Below are positions 58,359-64,000 of a stretch of 64,000 bases of DNA, one piece after another. A program made the position numbers and the translations under genes. The stretch's first letter is position 1; each line of letters begins with the position of its first letter. The DNA lies in IMG/VR virus record IMGVR_UViG_3300046370_000603; one strand, 5' to 3'. The DNA comes from a virus. Under the pieces are notes generated by a model, which was given only the letters and a program-made list of their open reading frames with translations, did no database searches and was not told the origin of the DNA.

Positions 58359-58598
58359 GTGAATAGTCTTTTTCCAAATAATAAAGAACCCGAAATACCC
58401 CCCGATACTTGTCCGTATATTAATTTTATTCAAGAAGTTTTAGATCAAATAAAAAATCAAAACAAATCGCAAACATTAGACGCACAAGTACAATTAATCA
58501 ATGATACATTAGAATATATTAGAGATGCAAATTCTCAATTAAGAGATTGTGGAAAATATTGGAAGAGAAAATTTGAAAACAAAGGTAAACGAAAATGA
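58359..58598 (+). CDS. Hypothetical coiled-coil protein
   Basis: DTCPYI...LEYIRDANSQLR. Confidence 0.6.
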   Translation: MNSLFPNNKEPEIPPDTCPYINFIQEVLDQIKNQNKSQTLDAQVQLINDTLEYIRDANSQLRDCGKYWKRKFENKGKRK

Positions 58599-58837
58599 AT
58601 GATGAAATAACAGAATCAATCTCTTATCAAAGGGGTTATGATAAAGGTTTTGCTGATGCACAAGAATATCTTTCTCAAAAATTTGAAAAAATATTAAGTA
58701 AAAATGCAAATAAATCTTACGACAAGGGTTATCAAGATGGAGCAAATCAAAAAGATAATAAACCTTGCGTGTGTGGGTTTTGGGGTTCAAATAAATATGT
58801 AGCCGAATGGCATAAAGATTGCGAAAATGGCAAATAA
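58595..58837 (+). CDS. Hypothetical protein with YxxGYxxG repeats
   Basis: YQRGYDKGF and YDKGYQDG. Confidence 0.6.
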   Translation: MNDEITESISYQRGYDKGFADAQEYLSQKFEKILSKNANKSYDKGYQDGANQKDNKPCVCGFWGSNKYVAEWHKDCENGK

Positions 58838-58849
58838 ATATATTAAATC

Positions 58850-59131
58850 ATGAAACCAATACATAATACTAAAAACTGCAATTACAGAAGATTCTTGCAT
58901 AAAAAACTAAAGCACGGCAAAATAAGTGGCAAGTTTTATAAGTTTCTTTATAGAAACTTCCCCTATCGAGTTACCGCAAGAGAAGTGCAAGTTTGCGTTC
59001 AAAAAGTTCTTTATGGTGACATGAATGAAAACAAAGCTATTGCAATATTAAAAAATCAAGGCAATGAACTTAGAAGGCAAAGAGAAATGGTAAAATCAAA
59101 TTGGGAGTGTAGAAATAAAATTGAAAAATAA
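58850..59131 (+). CDS. Basic hypothetical protein
   Basis: ORF track. Confidence 0.6.
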   Translation: MKPIHNTKNCNYRRFLHKKLKHGKISGKFYKFLYRNFPYRVTAREVQVCVQKVLYGDMNENKAIAILKNQGNELRRQREMVKSNWECRNKIEK

Positions 59132-59140
59132 AATAATGAA

Positions 59141-59386
59141 ATGAATAAAGAATTATATAATATGTTAAAAACTTCAGCGGAAGCTGATATAGCTAAAGCA
59201 AAATTAAGCTTGAAATTATTAGGGGAAATACCAATTGGTATCGGAGATCATTCAACTACTGATTTTTATAAAAATGCGGAAGAATCTCTATCATTATTAG
59301 ATGATGCCGAAAGCAGGTTAGAGACATTGAATCAATTTGTTAAATCCCTTGAAATATCTATAAACAATGAAAGAGATAATACTTAA
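59141..59386 (+). CDS. Hypothetical protein
   Basis: PIGIGDHS motif flanked by helices. Confidence 0.65.
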   Translation: MNKELYNMLKTSAEADIAKAKLSLKLLGEIPIGIGDHSTTDFYKNAEESLSLLDDAESRLETLNQFVKSLEISINNERDNT

Positions 59387-59576
59387 TACTTTAAAGGAAA
59401 TAGCTTGTGCCAACACAGGTACTTGTCAAATTAATTTGCAATCTGAATCTGCTCAAGAAATGATTGCTAATAAATTGCTTGACAAGTTAGAACCTTTCAT
59501 GCAAAATGAAACCATGCAATTAGTTGAAGACATTATTTTATCAAGCGGAGATTATGTAGGTGAAACCCATGAATGA
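59367..59576 (+). CDS. Hypothetical protein
   Basis: QINLQSESAQ. Confidence 0.55.
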   Translation: MKEIILNTLKEIACANTGTCQINLQSESAQEMIANKLLDKLEPFMQNETMQLVEDIILSSGDYVGETHE

Positions 59577-59790
59577 AAAACAAATAGAAGCACTCGTAAC
59601 TGCAAATAAACTTATTCTTGAAGATATTATTAACAATAGTAACTTTTCTATTGAAGAGTTACAAAGAGTTTCAGATCAGACAGGTGATTTAATTGAGAAT
59701 TTATCGTTTTGGTTTAAACAAGATAATTCTGAAAGATTTTTTTATGAACTTAAAAATTACATGAATTGGTTGCTAGATAATTATTCGTAA
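59569..59790 (+). CDS. Hypothetical protein
   Basis: ATG at 59569. Confidence 0.55.
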   Translation: MNEKQIEALVTANKLILEDIINNSNFSIEELQRVSDQTGDLIENLSFWFKQDNSERFFYELKNYMNWLLDNYS

Positions 59791-59791
59791 T

Positions 59792-60118
59792 ATGGCTTGC
59801 AGAGATAAAAATTGCGTCTGCAACGACAACAAAAACATGGATACAATAGATAAAATTAGAAAAATTCGATCTGAACGAGTCGAACAATTAAAGGAAACGA
59901 TTGCTGAATATAATCCCGAAGCATTATTCGCTGATGGTCACGATCATGCTATCATGGGTTATTCTAGTGACGGCAGAGTTGTTTACTCTGCCGACCAAAT
60001 AATTGGTGGACTAATGAACGAAGGCATGACGAATGAAGAGGCGATAGAGTATTTTCATTTTAATATTGAGGGTGCTTATGTCGGTGAATTTACTCCAATT
60101 TATATGTACGAGGAATAA
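59792..60118 (+). CDS. Phage-type hypothetical protein
   Basis: ADGHDHAIMG...VVYS...EEAIEYF.FNI.GAYVGE.TP. Confidence 0.7.
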   Translation: MACRDKNCVCNDNKNMDTIDKIRKIRSERVEQLKETIAEYNPEALFADGHDHAIMGYSSDGRVVYSADQIIGGLMNEGMTNEEAIEYFHFNIEGAYVGEFTPIYMYEE

Positions 60119-60121
60119 TCA

Positions 60122-60418
60122 ATGTGGAATTATAGAATAATTAAAGACAAAAATACTTATGGTCTTTACGAAGTTATGTATAATGATGATGGAGAAATTT
60201 TCGCTCATAGCGAAGAACCCGAAATTGTTGGTGAAGACCCAAAAGATTTACTTGATACTTTAGAGTTAATGATTCACGATGTAAATAAACACATTATTGA
60301 TGGCAAAGAAATATTAGAAATAGATAAAATAAAATTCGCAAAACCATGCGAAGATTTTGAAAAAAGCGAAGCTATAACTTATGAAGAGTTTAAAAAAACG
60401 CTTGACAAGCTAGAGTAG
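60122..60418 (+). CDS. Phage-type hypothetical protein
   Basis: MWNYRI...EVMY.DDG. Confidence 0.7.
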   Translation: MWNYRIIKDKNTYGLYEVMYNDDGEIFAHSEEPEIVGEDPKDLLDTLELMIHDVNKHIIDGKEILEIDKIKFAKPCEDFEKSEAITYEEFKKTLDKLE

Positions 60419-60437
60419 CTATATTACTATTTTAGCC

Positions 60438-60668
60438 ATGACAAAGAAAATATACGAAGTAGAAATGAGCAGTACGACATATCGTACTTTTGAGATAGTA
60501 GCAGATTCGCCCGAAGATGCCCAAAATAAGGCTTTCTCTCAATTAGATAGTGATTGGGAAATTAGTAAGGCATGGAAAGAGAACGCGGATATTGTTTCTT
60601 GCAATCCTCTTGGTGGAACATCGCATATGGATGATGATGAATTTGGTGCATATATCAGAGGAGAATAA
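60438..60668 (+). CDS. Small protein, DpnD/PcfM-like pattern
   Basis: KIYEV...FEIVADSPEDA; leaderless promoter TTGACA(60402)-17-TACTAT-7-ATG. Confidence 0.65.
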   Translation: MTKKIYEVEMSSTTYRTFEIVADSPEDAQNKAFSQLDSDWEISKAWKENADIVSCNPLGGTSHMDDDEFGAYIRGE

Positions 60669-60670
60669 GC

Positions 60671-60826
60671 ATGAAAATAATTCGCACAATAATTAATTGG
60701 TTTTATCGCAAACAAAATATGCGTTCATCCAAAAAACAAATGAACAAAATAATGAGTGAAATTAATGCTGACTCTATGGATTACGATGGCATGGGGAACT
60801 ATGGTAGATTTCCACCCGAAAAATAA
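60671..60826 (+). CDS. 51-aa hypothetical protein, not in the ORF track
   Basis: SD gaggag; ends DYDGMGNYGRFPPEK. Confidence 0.6.
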   Translation: MKIIRTIINWFYRKQNMRSSKKQMNKIMSEINADSMDYDGMGNYGRFPPEK

Positions 60827-60865
60827 ATGCTTGACAATAATAAATAACTTATATAAGGTAAAGGC

Positions 60866-61405
60866 ATGAAAGAAATTATAGGAGACGATTATCCAACTTA
60901 CGAAGATTCAGTAAACATGACTCTTGCGGAGAGAGCCAAAAAAGGACATTATGTTTGCAACATCCCTGCTAGACATTTTTGCGATGACGAAGAAAAAATG
61001 GTAGATTTTAATAGATTAACTAAACAAGAATTTTTAGATAGTTATTCTTACCTAACGGAAGAGGAATATAAATTGACAATGGATCACATGAAACTATTGC
61101 AAGAAGAAAAAAGTATATCTAAAAATAATATAGATAGATTGCTTCAAGAGAATTTTGAACTTAGGCATCGTCTAGCTTGTATTGCTGATGACATATTAAT
61201 TATTTCCAATCATATAGAAGATAATTGTAATAAAAAATTTAAAAAACCAAGTCGAAATCCCGATGGTAGTGTTAATGCAGATGAAGCATGGCATAATGTT
61301 AGCAATATAGAAATCGCTTGTGATTTATCTGATAAATCTGTTGATGAATGGGGTAGTGAATTTAAACATGAAGCACAACTTGATAACTTAAATAGAGACT
61401 TATGA
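60866..61405 (+). CDS. Hypothetical protein
   Basis: Leaderless promoter TTGACA(60831)-17-TAAGGT-6-ATG. Confidence 0.65.
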   Translation: MKEIIGDDYPTYEDSVNMTLAERAKKGHYVCNIPARHFCDDEEKMVDFNRLTKQEFLDSYSYLTEEEYKLTMDHMKLLQEEKSISKNNIDRLLQENFELRHRLACIADDILIISNHIEDNCNKKFKKPSRNPDGSVNADEAWHNVSNIEIACDLSDKSVDEWGSEFKHEAQLDNLNRDL

Positions 61406-61590
61406 ACATTGATTATCAGTTACTAGAAAAACAAAGGGATCACTTGTTATCTATTTTATGGCATGACTTTAAACCCGCTGAAGAAAAAGAAGGTCAACCT
61501 GTTCCATTAGACAGAGAGTTAGGTTGGGGCATCGTTCATTTATTAGATGATTTGTTAGATCAAGAATATTATAAAAATAAAAAAGCATGA
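61402..61590 (+). CDS. Hypothetical protein
   Basis: ATGA-coupled ORF. Confidence 0.6.
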   Translation: MNIDYQLLEKQRDHLLSILWHDFKPAEEKEGQPVPLDRELGWGIVHLLDDLLDQEYYKNKKA

Positions 61591-61832
61591 GTAAAAAAAG
61601 AGAATATTGTGTTGGTATTAAAATAATTAATGCCTTTTATGTCGAAGCAGAAAGTCGAGATGAAGCAGAGCAAATAGTAAGAGAGTATGATCCCTACAAA
61701 ACTCTTGATGATTGTGATTTTAATATTGAATATGCTGATCCTACAAATGGAGATATTGCATGGAAAATAAAAGCTGATGAAGTGGATTGGAAAGAGCTTG
61801 AGCCTAAAAATTTTGACAGAAAATATGAATAA
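61587..61832 (+). CDS. Small protein related to 60438-60668
   Basis: REYCV...FYVEAESRDEA. Confidence 0.6.
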   Translation: MSKKREYCVGIKIINAFYVEAESRDEAEQIVREYDPYKTLDDCDFNIEYADPTNGDIAWKIKADEVDWKELEPKNFDRKYE

Positions 61833-61986
61833 TAAAGAATTAAAAACAGAAATTCGTAAATTAGAAATTGAATTAGATTATATTGAAGCTAAAGAACCTC
61901 ATAATATAAAATATATAATGGAATTAGAAAAAAATATAGATAATTTATATAAACAATTAGAAGAATTAGAAGATGAAACTAACTAA
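61825..61986 (+). CDS. Small coiled-coil protein
   Basis: ATG at 61825. Confidence 0.55.
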   Translation: MNNKELKTEIRKLEIELDYIEAKEPHNIKYIMELEKNIDNLYKQLEELEDETN

Positions 61987-62176
61987 ATATCAAAAAGCTA
62001 GACTACTTGAACATGAGTGGGATATAGTTACAACAAAAAATGGGCAAAATTGTGCATGGATTAGTGTTGCTCCCGAAGATGGAGAAATTTTTCAAGCCTG
62101 TATTGATATTTTTGGGTTGACAGGAGATGGAGAAGATGTCAAACTATTGGTAGTAGCAACCAACGAAGGAGATTAA
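61973..62176 (+). CDS. Hypothetical protein
   Basis: ORF track. Confidence 0.6.
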   Translation: MKLTKYQKARLLEHEWDIVTTKNGQNCAWISVAPEDGEIFQACIDIFGLTGDGEDVKLLVVATNEGD

Positions 62177-62179
62177 AAT

Positions 62180-62395
62180 ATGAGAAACACACAAAGAGAA
62201 TCAAGAGAAGGTAATCCCGATTATGACGAAATGAGATATGATCTTGCAGAATATGAGGCAATGAACATGAATGTTTCTGACATAATTGATATGTTAATAT
62301 ACGGAGTTGAACCACTTGACGAATGCTCTAACATTCAAATAAAAGAAGAGTGGGAACAAACTTTTGGCAAATTAAAAAATTGGGAGACAAAATAA
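62180..62395 (+). CDS. Hypothetical protein
   Basis: SD aggag upstream. Confidence 0.6.
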   Translation: MRNTQRESREGNPDYDEMRYDLAEYEAMNMNVSDIIDMLIYGVEPLDECSNIQIKEEWEQTFGKLKNWETK

Positions 62396-62565
62396 TGAAA
62401 TTGGAAAAAGCGATAGAATTAGTTTTAAATGAAGCAGAAACCTCTGCTCTTGGTGATAATAGTAACGATGTGCTTGATGCAGTTGAAGTTGTTCAAGCGT
62501 TTTACGATGAGCATGGACATCATTTTGCAAATTTTTCTGTTGACAATGTTGAAAAAGTTTCTTAG
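62395..62565 (+). CDS. Hypothetical protein
   Basis: TAATG-coupled, SD gggag. Confidence 0.6.
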   Translation: MKLEKAIELVLNEAETSALGDNSNDVLDAVEVVQAFYDEHGHHFANFSVDNVEKVS

Positions 62566-62599
62566 GATTTAGTTTTAATAATTAAACAAAGGAGACGAA

Positions 62600-63217
62600 A
62601 TGAATTATTTTGCAAATACAAATGTCCGTTGGAAAACATGGTCACCCGAAAATGTTATCTTTAAAAGCAATCAATTAGTCAAGAAGGTTTTACCCTCTGA
62701 ACATATTTTATCATGGAAGAGCAAAAGTGATCGTGATCGAAAAATGTGCGAGAAAACAGGTTGCAAAGCAACTCAAACAAATCAATTTGGTGGGCAACCA
62801 TATACATATTATACCAAAGAAAACTACAAAGGAATTATGGTTCAATTAACCGATGTTAAATCAGATTTTCCATCTGCTAATATTGACTTTATTGATTGGA
62901 CAGAAAAAAAAGATAGTGTTGGCAACCCAAAGGGTGCTTTAGATATTTTGGTTTACCTTAACTCTTTTCATCAGCCTTGGCAATATGTTAAATGCCCTCA
63001 AACAGGAAATTGGGTCAGAAAAAGCACAGGTAAAACTGCACCATTACGAGAAGGTTATCGTATGTCTTATGGTGGACAAGGTGATGCTCACGCTTTAGAC
63101 TTTGACGAATTCCACGAATTGGTTCAAATAACAGAAATGATCAGAGATTTCCTTGTAGATGTTGTTATCCCTACAAAGAATGGCGAATTAATTGAAGAAG
63201 ATTTATTAGTAGCATAA
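62600..63217 (+). CDS. Hypothetical protein
   Basis: TTGACA(62540)-17-TAGGAT promoter and AGGAG SD. Confidence 0.7.
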   Translation: MNYFANTNVRWKTWSPENVIFKSNQLVKKVLPSEHILSWKSKSDRDRKMCEKTGCKATQTNQFGGQPYTYYTKENYKGIMVQLTDVKSDFPSANIDFIDWTEKKDSVGNPKGALDILVYLNSFHQPWQYVKCPQTGNWVRKSTGKTAPLREGYRMSYGGQGDAHALDFDEFHELVQITEMIRDFLVDVVIPTKNGELIEEDLLVA

Positions 63218-63522
63218 TGCCAATTTATTGTAACCATGATACTTTATTAATGATTCCAAACATAAAAGGTTATGAACCATATATAAAAAACGCAGAATTA
63301 AAAGAAATGAAAGAAGAAGCAAATGCAGAAGACATAAGTAAAGAAGAATATTATTTGTATGATATTATTAGTGCTTGTGAGAATATACTTGACGATCTTG
63401 AGAATGGGGCAAACATTGAACAAGCAGACTTTAACAATCTTGGATATGTAGATGGCATTATGCTTCGTATGCAACATAATGTAAATAAACAATTAAATCC
63501 AACAAATATCAAAGATGACTAA
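63217..63522 (+). CDS. Hypothetical protein
   Basis: TAATG-coupled ORF. Confidence 0.55.
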   Translation: MPIYCNHDTLLMIPNIKGYEPYIKNAELKEMKEEANAEDISKEEYYLYDIISACENILDDLENGANIEQADFNNLGYVDGIMLRMQHNVNKQLNPTNIKDD

Positions 63523-63628
63523 ATTGTTGCAAAATTTACCCGATGTTTTTTATGCGGTTAATGTTTTTATTGGTTGCACCTTAATTTTGCTATTTGTTTT
63601 AATTATTTTAAGCATAGATTCTGATTAA
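63515..63628 (+). CDS. 37-aa membrane micropeptide, not in the ORF track
   Basis: MTKLLQNLPDVFYAVNVFIGCTLILLFVLIILSIDSD. Confidence 0.5.
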   Translation: MTKLLQNLPDVFYAVNVFIGCTLILLFVLIILSIDSD

Positions 63629-63667
63629 ATCCTTGACATCTGTTAATTTTTACTTTATTGTTTTAGC

Positions 63668-63850
63668 ATGAAGAATCAAGAAATTATAGTAAAAGAAAAA
63701 AAATACAAGAACAGAAAAGATAGTTTATGGGTCGTTAAGTCTAATCATGCAGAAAATCTTAACTTATTAACTCGCAGAAAAAGTCTTGACAGAGTTGATC
63801 TTTTGTGCTTAACTGATCTTGGTTTTAAAATTAAATATGAAAATAAATAA
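63668..63850 (+). CDS. Hypothetical protein
   Basis: Leaderless promoter TTGACA(63633)-17-TATTGT-6-ATG. Confidence 0.6.
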   Translation: MKNQEIIVKEKKYKNRKDSLWVVKSNHAENLNLLTRRKSLDRVDLLCLTDLGFKIKYENK

Positions 63851-63862
63851 GGAGAAAATATT

Positions 63863-64000
63863 ATGGGATTAGATATGTTTGCTTTTGCTCGTCCACCTCG
63901 CAAGAGAAATAGTGACGATGATATTGGAATTTGCGATTGGAGAAAACATAATCGTTTACAAGGTTGGATGGAAGACTTATGGGAAGCTAAGGGCAGACCA
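63863..64000 (+). CDS. Phage-type hypothetical protein, 3'-truncated
   Basis: SD aggag; MGLDMF...WRKHNRLQGWM. Confidence 0.7.
   Translation, partial: MGLDMFAFARPPRKRNSDDDIGICDWRKHNRLQGWMEDLWEAKGRP

Overview
AT-rich, gene-dense, almost entirely + strand window that reads as part of a large dsDNA bacteriophage genome. No capsid, terminase or housekeeping operons fall inside it, so phage identity is inferred from gene content and layout. A Tat-signal DUF1501 gene and a TorF-like porin hint at a PVC-group host (Verrucomicrobiota/Planctomycetota), which is inference. Layout: (1) 3' part of a large Pro/Thr-repeat, Cys-rich protein (<1-3283). (2) A replication/recombination block: RecA-like, DnaB, primase, PD-(D/E)xK nuclease, and a Pol III alpha split into PHP, DEDDh exonuclease and DnaE-core genes. 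(3) ClpC, a complete tmRNA and DUF1501. (4) The only inverted cassette: APS-kinase/HIGH-nucleotidyltransferase fusion, HAD phosphatase, pyrophosphatase. (5) Regulators: a double-Fis protein and two sigma-70-family factors. (6) A large glycosylation island with an embedded porin operon. (7) tRNA-Thr, SpeD-like, ATE1/Bpt-like transferase, Cys-less QueF, RuvB, UvsE, macrodomain, MazG. (8) A run of small early-type ORFs. Best candidates for undescribed biology: a phage-encoded protein tagging and degradation toolkit (tmRNA + ClpP-docking ClpC + aminoacyl-tRNA-protein transferase), and a largely leaderless expression system with two promoter classes (sigma70-type and an unnamed GTG(T/G)A motif ~14 nt before starts). 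Also notable: a tripartite Pol III, a possible minimal PAPS module and a QueF homolog lacking its catalytic Cys. All protein calls come from motif recognition by eye, not from database searches.
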